From assembly GCA_964016885.1 (NCBI GenBank), contig OZ024740.1, positions 129,084,001 to 129,148,000 of the forward strand: a DNA stretch of 64,000 nt, read 5' to 3'. The stretch comes from Eledone cirrhosa (lineage: Eukaryota). How positions within the stretch are numbered: the stretch's first letter is position 1; each line of letters opens with the position of its first letter. A program made the translations under genes and the position numbers. The notes below the pieces were generated by a model that had not been told where the DNA came from, did not search any database, and saw only the letters and a program-made list of their open reading frames with translations. Positions 1 to 14,487 of this stretch are shown here, one piece after another.

Positions 1-544
1 ATGTAGAAATACGAATCCAATTCAGAAATGTATAGTGCTTCCTTTTCTTTGTTTACCTTAGAACCTTCCTTTTTTGTAAATTTCTGTATTCACTGTTCAT
101 GTTCATAATTTTCAGTTTCACTTTGTCTTTTCGTTGAGTCGCCACAGCAGCTTTTTCCCACTGACTAACTACTTCCATCACAAGCCTATCCGCAATAGCA
201 GCATTGAAGCTCACATGCTTTTCGTGTTTCATAGGACCATCTTTTAGGTAGAAGAAATATCTTAGAACATCCCCTTTGTTGGTATTTTGTTTGGTAAAAA
301 GGATGTAACATATGGCCCCAGAAGCCATATTTCTCGATCATCACAACGGAGCGAGTAGTTACAACTAGCCCACTGGTTTCCGCCATTATTCTGCCAATTT
401 GCAACTATTAGGCAAAGTTTAAATTAGTCTAAAATAATCAAAATTACATTATAAATTGATAATATACAAAATGGCATGAGAAAATGCAGAGGGAGCTATG
501 AGAAAAACACTTTTGTGTAAAATGTGGTATTCTGGAACACCCTA
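1..544 (-). mobile_element. Possible 5' end of a decayed DNA transposon (Sola2-like transposase N-terminus), running off the window start
   Basis: Minus ORF 53-328 has TNKGDVLRYFFYLK...VMEVVSQWEKAAVATQRKDKVKLKIMNMNSEYRNLQK, resembling Sola2-type transposase N-termini as I recall them; candidate terminus GGGTGTTCC at ~543. No catalytic domain visible. Confidence 0.35.
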
Positions 545-580
545 ATCTGCATATTCTGCTCTCATCACTATTAAATCATA

Positions 581-665
581 ATTGTTTCTAATTTTGGCAC
601 AAAGCCGGCAATTATCCCAGTGCATTACCGATACTTTATTTTATCGACCCCTTAAGGATGAAAGT
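581..665 (-). mobile_element. tRNA-SINE 3' fragment
   Basis: ggcacaaagccggcaatt...actttattttatcgacccc..aaggatgaaag matches the reverse of the SINE at 9472-9665. Confidence 0.7.
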
Positions 666-965
666 TATTACTGACATTATTATTTAAGGATGACCCTTAA
701 ACCATAAAGTCAGTAATAAAGATAATAATGATAAAAACAATAATATTAATAACAATAACGAAACAAAATCAATATAAGTATGCAATGGTATACAGATATG
801 TTATTTAAAAGCTTAATATAGTAGGAAAACATTTAAATTTTCGGCCATTGATCATTTATCAGGATATAGAGAGAAAGGAGAGCAGAAAGAACGGCTTTAT
901 TCATGCACAAACACTCACACATGCACACACAATCTCACTCACTCACACGCATGCACACATACATC

Positions 966-1261
<296 letters not shown>

Positions 1262-1997
1262 TTATAAAATTTATATTCTTGTAGGTGCATTTTATCCGTT
1301 AGCAATGTAGATGTCAGATACATCTGCTTAACATCCTTTCATTCCCATGAATGACACATACACCCTGAGTAGAATTTACGTTATCGTACCCACATTTTAT
1401 TCAAAATATCAAGTAATATAACCCTTTATATTCAGAAAATTATGCGCGACGTATATTTGCTACATTCGAAATACACCGATGGGTGGAGAGATATAGTAAA
1501 TCAGTTAATGTTCGTCTACATAAATGTAAGACAGAGAGATTGATTATTTGTGAAATAATGACAAAAATTTACGTTATGTTAAGAGAAGCAGTTGAATACG
1601 ACTATAATATTTTACGGTAGATTCCCATAAATGATTATCAATACATGATATCAGAACAATAATTATATAATACCATATTCTTTGCGTTATAAAGGTAAGT
1701 TTCGAAATACCTCTCACCAAATTACTTGACTTCTGAGTACAGAAAGCCCCATACAAATAAATATAGAATATCATATAATTGACACACATACTCGTACATA
1801 AAAAAACATAGATAAATATATATGTGGATGTGCGGCTACATGTGAGAACGGATATAAGAGGAGCTTCCAATTCCAGCGTCAGGATCGAACATTAATCCAT
1901 CGTTCCTCGAGCTGATCGGCGGGGAAATATATGTAATATGTAATTAAACATGTGTTAATGAATTAATACTGATTCCTTTTAATGTTAGTATATATGT

Positions 1998-2123
1998 AGA
2001 GTTTCAGAAGATCCCGTTAAGGGTGAAAGTAGCGATTTTTTGCTCAAACTTTAATCTGTTATTTTAATAAATTAATCTGTTATTTTAATCTGTTATTTTA
2101 ATAAATATATATATATATAAATG

Positions 2124-2209
<86 letters not shown>

Positions 2210-2370
2210 GTAATAACAATAAATTTGAAAACTAAAATCCAAAGAGGGCTCGATAAGGATAAATTTATGTGAAATATATAAGAAACGTAGAGCAAATATT
2301 TTCAAAATATCCCGTTAAGGGTGAAAGCACCGATTATTTGCTTAAACTTTAAACTGTTATTTTAATAAAT
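1998..2370. mobile_element. Two family F1 fragments (1998-2100 forward; 2209-2370 inverted end plus forward piece)
   Basis: tcccgttaagggtgaaag motif and F1 tail shared with 3270-3332 and 14336-14490. Confidence 0.7.
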
Positions 2371-2386
2371 ATGTATATATATATTC

Positions 2387-2740
2387 GAAAGGGGAAGTAA
2401 GGTTCTATACTAAGCAGTGGATATCGAAAGATAGTAGAAAACTACTCCAACATTTGATTTTAATTTTAAATCTTTAATTTTTAGTTTTTAACTCCTATTA
2501 ATTATTTTTAATTTTTTTTTCGATACACAACATTTGATAAGATGAATTTCAATAATACATCGAAACCGGTAATACTTTTTATATACATTATATGCATTAT
2601 AAAACCATATTTTAAACAGAATGGTCGGTCTCATTTTTTCAATAATGTCACTTTTACGAATCAAAGGAGGGATAAAAAAAGAAAAACAGATCCTTGAATA
2701 TATTTTCCGCGCTATTTACAACTTCAACTTTGCTCTCTCT
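2387..2740 (+). mobile_element. Family F2 non-coding element (left arm of a convergent inverted pair with 3531-3877)
   Basis: ~350 bp reverse-complement match to 3531-3877; its 3' part also forms the palindrome at 44789-45056. Confidence 0.75.
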
Positions 2741-2765
2741 AAATATGTATATATATATATATGTA

Positions 2766-3330
2766 TAGTATAATAATAAATTTGAAGACTAAAATCTAAA
2801 GAGGGCTCGAGAAGATTAAATATATATCAGATATATAAGAACCGTAGAGCAAATATTACCTCTGTATTTTATTTATTTTATTCTTAACTCTGAAGCCCAG
2901 AATCATTCGGTTTCCTACATAGTCTACGACTTCAGTTAAACACTTCACGTGGTTTTGTTTTGCGTGTAATTGTTCTCACTGATACACATAATGACGTATT
3001 ATCTTCGTTTTTTCCGTTCATTGCCAGAGAAGGTCTCCATGAACCACCTAATTGAATATTAGTCTACGACTTCATTTATACCATAAACGAGGTTTTGTCT
3101 TTGCGTGTAATTGTTTTCAACGGCCCAAATAATGACGTATTATCTTCGTTTTTTCCTGTTCTTTGCCAGGGAACGTTTCCACAAACCAAAGTATCGTCTT
3201 CCTGTCTTCCTTCGGTTGCAACGATTTTTGAAATATTTACTTCTGCGTTCACAGATTGACTTTTTAGTTTCAGAAGATCCCGCTAAGGGTGAAAGCAGCG
3301 ATTCTTTGCTCAAACTTTAATCTGTTATTT

Positions 3331-3332
<2 letters not shown>
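2766..3332 (+). mobile_element. Family F1 copy with inverted 3' end at left and internal ~140 bp tandem duplication
   Basis: 2858-3332 aligns with 13935-14400; agtctacgacttca..ttgccag repeated at 2921 and 3061. Confidence 0.8.
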
Positions 3333-3369
<37 letters not shown>

Positions 3370-3453
3370 TATGTGTCAAGAAACTGCTTTAATGACCTGG
3401 TCATGGCGGGAACGATAGTCTCTAACTCCTAGAGCGTGTGAGAAGCTGCTGAG

Positions 3454-3529
<76 letters not shown>

Positions 3530-3530
3530 G

Positions 3531-3877
3531 AGAGAGAGCAAAATTCAAGTTGTGAATAGTGCGAAAAATATATTTAAGGGTCTGTTTTTCTTTTTTTATC
3601 CTACCTTTGATTCGTCAAAGTGACATTATTGAAAATATGAGAGCGACAATTCTGTTTTATAATGTATATAAAGTATATAAAAAGTATTACCGGTTTCGAT
3701 GTATTATTAAAATTCATATTATCAAATGTTGAGTATTGAAATAAAAAATGAAAAAGTATTAATAGGAGTTAAAAACTAAAAATTAAAGATTTAAAATTAA
3801 AATGAAATGTTGGAGTAAGTTTTCTTCCATCTTTTTATAACCACTGTGCTTAGTATAGAACGTTACTCCCCCTTTCT
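3531..3877 (-). mobile_element. Family F2 copy (right arm)
   Basis: Reverse complement of 2387-2740. Confidence 0.75.
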
Positions 3878-3889
3878 AATATATATATC

Positions 3890-3921
<32 letters not shown>

Positions 3922-4514
3922 TAGATTAAAGTTTGAGCAAAGAATCGCTACTTTCACCTAATATATATATGACGGGTGCAAACTCTGCTAAGAGTACACC
4001 AATCGCTTGTCAGATTAGCACGTTTAGTCTACAGTTAGTCACACAAACCCATAACATATCCTGAAAAGCAACGCCTGTGTTTTGTAGGTTTTTAAAGTGG
4101 GGAAAGGCATAGCACTCGACCAATCTCACTCTGTGAGCATTGGATGCTTCCGAAGCCGCATGTTTTTTTTCAGAGTTTCCCTCTCCTAGAAAGGTGTTGT
4201 GACAACAACTGGGCGCCTTTCACTCCAAGGTGAAAAAAGAAAAGTACTATTTGGATGGCCGTTGACTCTGCTGAGTGCCTCCCCCCTTCGCCGGGTCTTG
4301 TATTTCATCCCGCAGCTGCCCAAATATCACCCTCCTCACCAAGCAATCTCGGTGGGGATGCCGGTTTAGTCACCGACGAACCGACCATGTAACAGGTTGT
4401 ACTGGATTTCACTTTACCGGTAGCGCTCAAGAGCGTCCTGATATATATAATGATATTTATAGCAGTAAAAAGAGGATTGGATATCAGAAGATTTTCAGAG
4501 ATGAAGCCTCCATC

Positions 4515-4960
4515 GCGCGAGTGTTTCGTCCTTAAAATGTACATTTATCAATTATATAGTATAACCAACTAATAAGGTAGTCACTCATCAGCATATCTCT
4601 CCATTTACATTCGATCTAGCATAAAACCCTCTTGACAGTCAATTTGTTCTTTGGACATAATTGTTTCAGAATCTTTGATCATAAGCTTTGCTGCGCCTTA
4701 GTTTCAAGAAACGATGAACAGTCTACAATTAACAACGATCTTGAGCAGCAAAGTTTTTCCATTCTCCAAACGTACCCTGCGTCACAGCAACTACCTCATC
4801 TCTCATTTGATCTTGGCCGTATTGAGGTCTTTCATATATGTAACGGTCATACATGAGGATGGTGTTTATCGTGTTGAAACGGCGTACTTAGAGTGATTTT
4901 TGTTAACGTTTTTTATAGGATACCTCGGAAGCATACATATGGCTTTTCATTGTACCGTTG
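4515..4960 (-). mobile_element. Highly decayed PLE GIY-YIG 3' remnant with HHR-like core downstream
   Basis: Minus translation KPYMYASEVSYKKR...YMKDLNTAKIK*EM, followed by CTGATGAG...ACGAAAC at 4590-4525 without a clear stem I. Confidence 0.35.
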
Positions 4961-7530
4961 TTACCGTATAATGAATAAGCTGTTCTACATTTGCCCATAT
5001 TAAACCAATCTGTTTCCTGTGCCTTGGCATCTGACGAAATATGTTTACCTAATGAATCTGAGTGATACCACCTCTGTTAGTCAACACTAACAAAACTACG
5101 GACAAAATATGAACTTTCCTGTATGTAAAGACTACGTTTCATTTTCTCCATTTTATTATTGTTCGTATAAATATTCAATTTAACTGCACTATACACTTCC
5201 GTCGTTGAAAAAGCATATAAAGCTGAAACCGGAACACAATTAAATGCGGAAATCCTTACTTTATAAATACATGTGTTGCTGTTATACTGAAAAAAATCCC
5301 TCTAGCATTTTCTACTGTATTTTTTCCTTTTTACTATTTGTTTGTGTGTGTATGGGGAGAGTTGTCTTTGTGTGTGAGAGCTCCTAAAATTGCATTTGTT
5401 TATCTTTGTTAATATATTTGTATTAGCTGTATATTAAATTCTGCAACCATCGGGAAATATTTGGTCCCTACTAGAAAGTTTCTAAAAGGATATAGACGAA
5501 CTACATTAACTGAATCTACACTGTTCTGCTGTTCTTCTTTGCTTGTTAGTATACCGGATATAGGTTTCATATATGCATCAACAAATGAAACGGAATGTTT
5601 AATTTACAGAAGGCAATGTAGCATTTTAAAATATATATTGAACCGACATCGTAAATTATTAGTACCAGCGCATTTGGTAAATATTTAAATGAGTATATCA
5701 TAATGAAATATACTATTGGATAGCTATTACGATAATGAAAACTAATAACAATTTAAGAAATGATGGCTATAATCTATGAGTGCAAATATACTTATTGATA
5801 TACTTTTTTTTATCTCATTCATAATGTACATATACATATATATCCAGTGATTCATGAAATCGTCCATACATTCATCCGTGTATTCATCAATCTATTTCCC
5901 TCTGTATCAATTCACTTTCACAATTCCTATCTACCTATCTGTGGCCATCAAAATAACATCCCTGCCAAAGTATAGGAGAATTTTGTAGACATTGAGAAGC
6001 TAATCACGCTAGTAATATTGGGTTCAATCCTGCAAAATCGATGTTTATGGTATTAAAGAAAGGATAAATGTTTAATAAAATTCAATAATCAATATCCGTG
6101 TTTCCCATCTTTACATTTCAGAAGAAAAACAGAAAATCATCTAGGAATGTTCTTTGACGCAGAATAAAACAGTCGAAGACAGTCAGGCCTACACAGAAGA
6201 TTCAAGGTTTGGCTTCATTGACCCACTATTCTGTCACAGGTTCCTATGGCATCAATTGTTTTATCCGTGCCCTTTTCAACAATGAGGTGCCACGGATTGC
6301 AGATGTGCGACATTCTTCGCATGTGGCTGGACCTTGCACGCAACCTTAGCATTTCTGCACCCTAAAGGAATAATCGGATCTATAACTACCATTATATTGG
6401 GCCGATCTGGAAGGCACAGATCGTGGATTCTAGATACCCGAACATTTCGTCAGTTAGCATTAATGTGAAGACAGAAAAGAAATTGAGAGTAGAGCGTGGA
6501 CGTACATCTGTGGTAAAAGAAGCCGTAAGAAACTATTGCAGTATACCCAGCTGGCTAGCGCCCTTCCCGAAATGGTAGGATAGAACGGTCCAAGGAAAGG
6601 AGAGGGGTAAGTGTATCCAGTAAAAAGACCGATTAGGTGGAGAAGAGAAACACTGCCTTACTATAGTCAGATAAAAAGGAGCATTGATGACACGGAAATT
6701 GTGGCACACAGTTGGCTTTTCTGGAGTAGTATCATCCAGGCAGACATCGCACCTCCTTCAGTATCTAGACATTCTAAGATAGAGTGTCAAGGGCATGTAA
6801 TATTCACACATGTCAGGCGAAAGAGAAAGTAATCTGCATGCCTACTCCAGTCTGGAATGGGTGGTTTTGAAAAGCCGCTCAGCGCTCACACGCTCTAGGA
6901 ATTAGAGACTATCGTTCCCGCCATGACCAGGTCATTAGAGCAGTTTCATGAAACATAGCCACTGCTATCACCACCCTTAAATTGCGCCGGAAAAAATGAA
7001 ATACATTATTTTCGACAAAGTCGGATAGAAACCTTATCGAAAAGAAAAACAAGGTCATGTTTCCTGTACATGGCCTCTCACTGAAAGTTCTTTGTCGATT
7101 TGAGTAAATATGAAATTTTAAAACACATTTTCACATGACCATCATATCTGATCGATGAAAAAGCCGATCATAATGCTGCTTACAATGCATAGACGAGGGT
7201 GACAACAGAAAACGCTCATTCGATATGTGTGCAAAGCCACGGAAAAACCAATATGGTCGCATTATATAGAAACGCTTATACTTATTTGTTTGCTATGATT
7301 TGTTCCAACCAAATTGGTTTGCCTGCTCACTGGTGTACTTTTTGTAAGACATGAAACACAAAATGATCCACGATGGCATCACTGTGGTCGTTTCACTCAG
7401 GATCAATTAATTCATGTGTTAACTTTACATCATTAATGGTTTGCCACCTGAAATTGACCTTACTAGTATACATGCATGCTATGGCTGATATATAACTTAA
7501 CATGGAAACGAACTAAATTTAGTTTTCATA

Positions 7531-7630
<100 letters not shown>

Positions 7631-7671
7631 TACGTATGCACATATATATAATCATGTATATATATATATAG

Positions 7672-8320
7672 CCCTGACAGTAGGCAGGTGAACAATGAAC
7701 TGTACTGATGAAGGGTATACCCAGAAACGTTAGTGTCTGCAGTTCTGTTTAAATGCAAACACATGGGCAAGATTGTGGGGCTCATTCTACTGACATGGCT
7801 TTAAAAATAAGGCTTGTTTGCATAATTGCCATCGAATCGAATATTATTATTAATATTTGAAAAACACAGATTACATTTATTGTATTCAGCCATGTAGAGC
7901 GAATTGTTTTTTCCTCTATGAATATAGTAAAGCCGTCCATTAATCGCTCATATAGAGGAAACTGACTGGCCATTCTGCTGATATGCAAAACTGGCTGATC
8001 AGTGGATCTGCTAATATGCAGATCTGACTGATCAGCCAGTCTGATAATATGCATATCATGCCGATCAGTCACTGTATATTTTAGAAAATATCATATATTT
8101 TCACTAGCTCTGATAGCTGGCAGATGAAGAGAGAACTGTGATGATGAAGGGTGATAACCAGACACATTCGTGACTGCAGTTTTGTTTACATGCCAACACA
8201 AGAGCAAGAACGAGGGGCTCATTCTACTGACATGGTTTTAAAAATGAGTCTTGTTTGCATAATTGCAAACAAATGTAATATTATTATTAATATCCGAAAA
8301 ACTCAGATTACATTTATTAT
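7672..8320 (+). repeat. ~210 bp direct repeats (7672-7880 and 8110-8320; period ~436 bp) carrying an HHR, with a 33-bp minisatellite in the spacer
   Basis: ggggctcattctactgacatgg...cttgtttgcataattgc...cagattacatttat in both units; (TA)n on both sides. Confidence 0.8.
7697..7745 (+). ncRNA. Type I hammerhead ribozyme
   Basis: GAACTGTA CTGATGA aGGGTatACCCa GAAA CgttagtG TC TGCAGTTC: stem I, canonical core, stems II and III, GUC cleavage triplet. Confidence 0.8.
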
Positions 8321-8516
8321 ATATATATATATAGTTGACCCCCACAGTTGCGGGGTTTCATTCCAAGAGCAGTTGCGAAGAGTGAAAAGTGGTTCATAAA
8401 AATGCCTTAAACGTCAAAATATAACGTAGAATTAAAAAATAAAATAGAGGGGCCGTCTTATGCGAAGCGGCGTCCTATAGGCCGATACATTTTTTCTAAT
8501 AAATTAGCGTATAAAA

Positions 8517-8564
<48 letters not shown>

Positions 8565-8710
8565 CCGCTTAAAAAGCCATAAAAACATCATGGCAGATAT
8601 TTAGATACCGCGAAAATGTCGTTGGTACCACGAACAATAATTAGTTATGTTCTATGTAAAATTCTGTGAATTACCGGGACCACAAAAGCCTGGGGTATAT
8701 ATATATATAT

Positions 8711-8932
8711 ATTGTTATACTTTGGGAGGGTCATGTTGCCAATAAGAAACACACGCATCAGTTGCTTCACTTCAATTTATTATAATAAATTTATAAATTT
8801 ATTATAATAAATTGAAGTGAAATGTATTGGTGCGTGTGTTTCTTATTGGCAACATGGCCATCCCAAAGTATAAGAATATCGGTTTCAACACACGTTTTCA
8901 GATAAAGAATCTTACTAAACAAATTCAGAAAG

Positions 8933-8934
<2 letters not shown>
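8711..8934. mobile_element. Fold-back (palindromic) pair of PLE terminal-repeat tails in (TA)n
   Basis: 8711-8878 is an imperfect palindrome; termini are homologous to the ends 47934-47995 and 50458-50578 of the Neptune-like PLE. Confidence 0.75.
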
Positions 8935-9017
<83 letters not shown>

Positions 9018-9471
9018 TATATAGATATATACGTAAGATACGTACATATTACACATACAGTTTGTGGGGGAGTTCTAACGAAAACATATAATCATTAAAA
9101 TACAAATATCCCACAAGGAATATCCTAGATAGAACCCGTAGCAGAGACAGACTTGCTTGAGAGTAGTAAACTCTACAAAACTCTTCAAAGATAGGAACAC
9201 AACATTCCGTAAACTAATTGGTCACTTTTAATGATTCTCAAACTAAATAAAACGAAATATTATATTCTCCATCAAACACTAAGTATTTCGGAATTTCACG
9301 CACACCTGCAGACTTCAAAACCTTGTTTTTCTCATAATGAGAAAAATAATTGAAAGCGAAGCAACATCACTATTCTCCAATGAAAGTAAAATCTTATATT
9401 ATTTTGCCGGATACATTGTCTTACACCTCTCAATCTCAGAATGGTACTGATCAAATGTATTATTACATGAA

Positions 9472-9665
9472 GGGCGGTGGATTGGCAGTATCGGTAGAGA
9501 GTCGGACACCATGCCTTGAAGCATATAGTTACGTCGATTTATGATCTGAGTTCAAATCCCGCCGAAGTTAACTTTGCCTTTCATCTTTATGGGGTCGATA
9601 AAATAAAGTACCAGTAATGTACTGGTAATAGCTGGCCTTGTGCCAAACATAGAAACAATTATTAC
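9472..9665 (+). mobile_element. Full-length tRNA-derived SINE with 12-bp TSD
   Basis: A-box-like TGGCAGTATCGG, B box GTTCAAATCC, tail GGCCTTGTGCC..AGAAACAATTATT; TSD ATTATTACATGA at 9459-9470 and 9658-9669. Confidence 0.92.
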
Positions 9666-9769
9666 ATGATTCCACATACACATACCCACCCAACCGCACA
9701 GTTGCACACTCACACATACACACAGACACACACACACACACATATATATATATGGATTTATTTAATATG

Positions 9770-9800
<31 letters not shown>

Positions 9801-12800
9801 ATAAATAATATATACATATATATCCATATATATATATTCATCTCTGGTTCGAAAGCCAACCAGCAGGTGACGAAGTGGTAGACCCTGAACATGTTGTTTG
9901 GATAACATCCAGGAGTTAATCTGGTCTGATGTAATTTAAGGATTCAGCCGGATCAATTGGTCTTGATTGTTTCGTTATGAATTATTTAGCTGTTTCAATT
10001 CGTTAAAGTTGGAGATGTGGTAAAATATATGTTGAAATCAAACACATGGATACAGCTGTTAATTAAACGATTTTTCTGTCGTAATATTTTGACATGTGTA
10101 ATTATTAATCTAGAACTGTGTAAATGACATTTATTCATAGGACTTTCGCGAACTAATCATACATGTGATCCAAAACATTCCTCCGTGATTCTACCTTGTG
10201 CATCAGCCCATATATTCTATATATTTTGTTAGATAGTATGGGAGTTTTTGAGGTATACTTGGCAGCTCCATCTACAACTAGATTGACAACACATTTGCTG
10301 CCGAATAGGTTTTTAAGGTTAAGTAAATTTATGTTATAAATAAATTTATGTTAAGTGTAACCCACAATGAAGCAGCGCTCTTTTCCCTGACAATTACACG
10401 CAAAGTATCGATACGTTATTGGAGATATCATCTATTGAACCAGGTTTTGAAGGAGGAACTAAAAACCACGACACAAGTAATTTTAATCGATCTCTATTTC
10501 GTCGCATATCGCACTAACCCTCCTGGAAATCATGGATTACCAAGGAATGCTACACTAGCAGTGAATAATATATTCCTCGAATTACTATGTTTGGAAAATA
10601 AAAAAAATATAATTAAGAAAACTAGGATAGTCAGGACTGAAATGTGTTTGGTCATAAGTCTAATGGATGATGTAATGCCCCGGGGCTAAGCAACAAAGCA
10701 ACACGTGTAGTGATCTCTGAAATCTCTTTATTTCATCCGCATATCCTGGAATCCGATACGAAATGCCTTGTTCTAAAATCGCATGTAACAACTGCAGAAG
10801 TCTGGGGGTTTCTCAGTATGAGATAAGTTCAATGAGTTCTCAAACTGCAAACGCTCAAACTGAACATATGTAACATTAATATATCAGGGTACATAAGTTA
10901 CAGTTACATGAAAACCTCATTGGTGCCGCGTTTTTTATCAGACTAAATAAGGAAAGCAGTTATAATATTGTCTTCGTGTTTCTTTTCTATATAATTTACA
11001 TCACATAAATACATTCTTGCTCTACCAAATATTATGACAAATATCATTTAACGTTATTTCATTCCGTTGTCTGTATTGCATTATATGCTGGTAGTTTATA
11101 ACTAACATTAAATAAATGTTTCCTCTTCGGCAACATTGGTTCCTCAGTATTTCTTGCATCAATACATTCATTTTAATGCGATTTATCAGAAAGACGAAGC
11201 CGCCCATTGCAACATAGCAAAAACATTATCGTTCTTTCATCTCGTTTGTAAATTTTCTGCCACTGCGTCCCGCACTCTCTTTTTCGGTTACTGATCTGAC
11301 GTTTAGGAAATGTATTTCTTCCACACCTGTTTCTTCAACTGCACACAATTTGCTTACTTCTAACTTGCTTTGATTTTCCTTGTTATAGTCCCCTCTTCCT
11401 CTGCAATTTCCGCTATTTCTAATGTTCTTTGATTTCAGTTTCTGTTTTATTCATTTCTCTCTTCATCTTAACACATTTCTATAATATTTCTTTCCTTTTC
11501 CATTTTCTATTTTTCATTTTCTTTTTTAATTTTTTGTCGAGTACAAATGCAGGTTCGTTTATAAGTTTAAGGCAATTTTCTGTGCTATTTCCTGGAGGAT
11601 TCAAAGCGACATCTAATTAGGCAGAAGAAAGTAGTTCCAGTTATAGTTTCTTCTTTACCTTCAACAAAGAACAATATTTCGTAACATTCGTTCATACTCA
11701 AGCAAGAAAAAAAAAATGTACATTAGTCGTATTTTTTCATTCATTTTCTATCATCTTCGGAATTTTGCTGAATTATTCTATATTTTCATAACGAATCTCA
11801 GAGATGTGTTGATTTTTCTTTTACTTCACATTTTGCATTTACACTAGCTTTTTATCATCATATATGAATAGGTTTCTCAATGTTGTTTTCGTAATTTTTG
11901 TTTGATTTATTCTCTTATAAAGCTTTAACAAATACTATAAAGAAGTTGATCAATATATTTGCCTTAATATTAAAAGTGTATATTTATATATTTTTGTTGC
12001 TTCATCTTTAATATTTTACTACAACGCATTAAATTATTTTCAATATTTTATCAAACGTTCAATTTTTTCATCGCAACGAATTATGCTATTTTATCTTTAC
12101 AAAACATAAAACGGAAAAACCAAAATGAAATAGAACTGAAAAATCGTGAACTAATAAATAACTGATGTTAACACAAGTTGAATTTTTAAGATTAGTTAAA
12201 AATCATGCAATCTCCTGAATTTTCCACGTTTTATACGATTAGCTGTAAATATGCGATTATTCTGTTATACATGAGACAAAAGTATACAATGACATATGCA
12301 CGTGTTTCATATTAATATGTATAAGACAAATAATAATAAAAGTTTGAAGAATCACTTAATAATTGTTACATATACATATGTATATATAGATGAAAAAAAC
12401 AATCGATGCACAATAAAACGTCATTTTTCTATGTAATGTGATTTGGCCGTTGGGACGATATTCCCCAAAGCCATCTTTCTCATCCCCTCCATTTACACAC
12501 TATACCTATCCCATATTTGTTCTTCCGGTATCTACATCCTGTGTCGCCAGTGCTGTATTTTATTCCTCGTTAATTTCACACTCTTCTGTACTGGTTCTAG
12601 AGAAACATTTAATGCATAGGCTGTTCCTATTTCTGGCTGGGTTGTTCGGGCCTTTGAAAGTTTTCATTTTAACGTATAATTCAGATGGTTGCATATTGTA
12701 TGGTGTATTTCTTTCTGGTGTCTCTCGAGTGAAATTCAGTTTGTCCCCCGACACGATATTCTGTTCTTGGATTTCGTTGTCTTCCATACATAAACTTCAG

Positions 12801-12977
12801 AGTCCATTTGACGATGATTTTATGTTTTTTCCCTGTCGTATTTTTAGTTCTACATTATTTCGCCCAGAAATTTCAGTGATCTATATTAAAACAGGGATTT
12901 CATCGAACCACTGGTACATTCACACGTTCACATACACTCACTCACACCCTGCTACACACACAGCTTCACAGACACAC

Positions 12978-13165
<188 letters not shown>

Positions 13166-13171
13166 CATATA

Positions 13172-13372
13172 CAGATCAGAGCAAACAGCACGGACACTCT
13201 ATCTCAAAATTATTTTTGAAAAGCATTTAGAAATGCGCAACCGGTAAAAACTTAAAAACTTAAAACCACAACTGTATACTAACCCATACAATCACTAATA
13301 CTCTTTTATTCCTAATTAAACCATTTTTCAACTGTGAACAATTTGTCAGCATTTTCTATTCCGTTTACCAAT
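13172..13372 (+). mobile_element. Family F3 non-coding element between (TA)n tracts
   Basis: Near-identical to 23734-23922 and 46666-46850. Confidence 0.8.
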
Positions 13373-13385
13373 ATATATATATATA

Positions 13386-14487
13386 GCAAAGAATCGCTGC
13401 TTTCACTCTTAACGGGATCTTCTGAAACTAAAAAAATCAGTCCCTATAGATTGCCTGTATGTTTTGTGAAGGTACGTACACTTTCTCGTACGTATATTTG
13501 CTTGTATATGTAATATACTGGTACATGTGTATATGGTTATGTGTTTACGTGAGGTTACGTCTGTGTGTGTATGCGGGTTCGTACCTATGTAGGGTGTATG
13601 TGTTTCCGTGTTTCGGTTGACGACGTCTGCGAACATATGTGTATTTACTTGTAGGTTTGTGTGTGCACGCGTTATATACGTATTTATGTATATTTATATA
13701 CATTTATATAATTATATGTATACACGCACACACACACACTTATATATATATACTTTCTTTATATATATTGTTATGTGTATTTGGTGTGCGGGTACTGGCG
13801 TTGCGTGGGTTCTGTATGTGCGTGCGTGTGTTTTTTTAGTACGTGCTTATATTTGCATACCCATGGCAAGTGCTTTCGCGTATACTTGCGTATGTACATA
13901 TATGGATGTTTGGATGTATATATTTATTTCTATTACCTCTGTAATTTATTTACTTCATTCTTAACTATGAAGCCGAGAATCATTCGGTTTCCTAATTCAG
14001 TTATACCATATACGTGGTTTTGTCTTTTCATGTAATTGTTCTCACAGCTCCACATAATGACTTATTATCTTCATTTTTTCCGTTCATTGCCAGAGAACGT
14101 CTTCAGAAGCCACCTAATAGAATATTAGTCTACGATTTCATTTATACCATAAACGTGGTTTTGTCTTTCGTGTAATTGTTTTCACCGCTCCAAATAATGA
14201 AGTATTATCTTCCTTTTTTTCCGTTCTTTGCCAGGGAATGTTTCCACGAACTAAACTATCGTCTTTCTGTCTTACTTCGGTTGCAAGGTTTTTCAAAATA
14301 TTTACTTCTGCGTTCACAGATTGATTTTTTTAGTTTCAGAAGATCCCGTTAAGGGTGAAAGCAGCGATTTTTGCTTAAACTTTAATCTGCTATTTTAATA
14401 GATATTTCCTCTACGGTTCTTATATATTTGATATATATTTATACTTATCGAGCCCTCTTTGGATTTAGTCTTCACATTTATTATAAT

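Noticed and set aside
4100-4440. Possible RTE 5' UTR remnant (gagtttccctctcctaga motif)
   Set aside because: Only one short motif and no adjacent ORF, so left unannotated.
9472-9570. Possible tRNA gene (A and B boxes)
   Set aside because: No cloverleaf, long box spacing, multicopy with tail and TSD: it is a SINE head.
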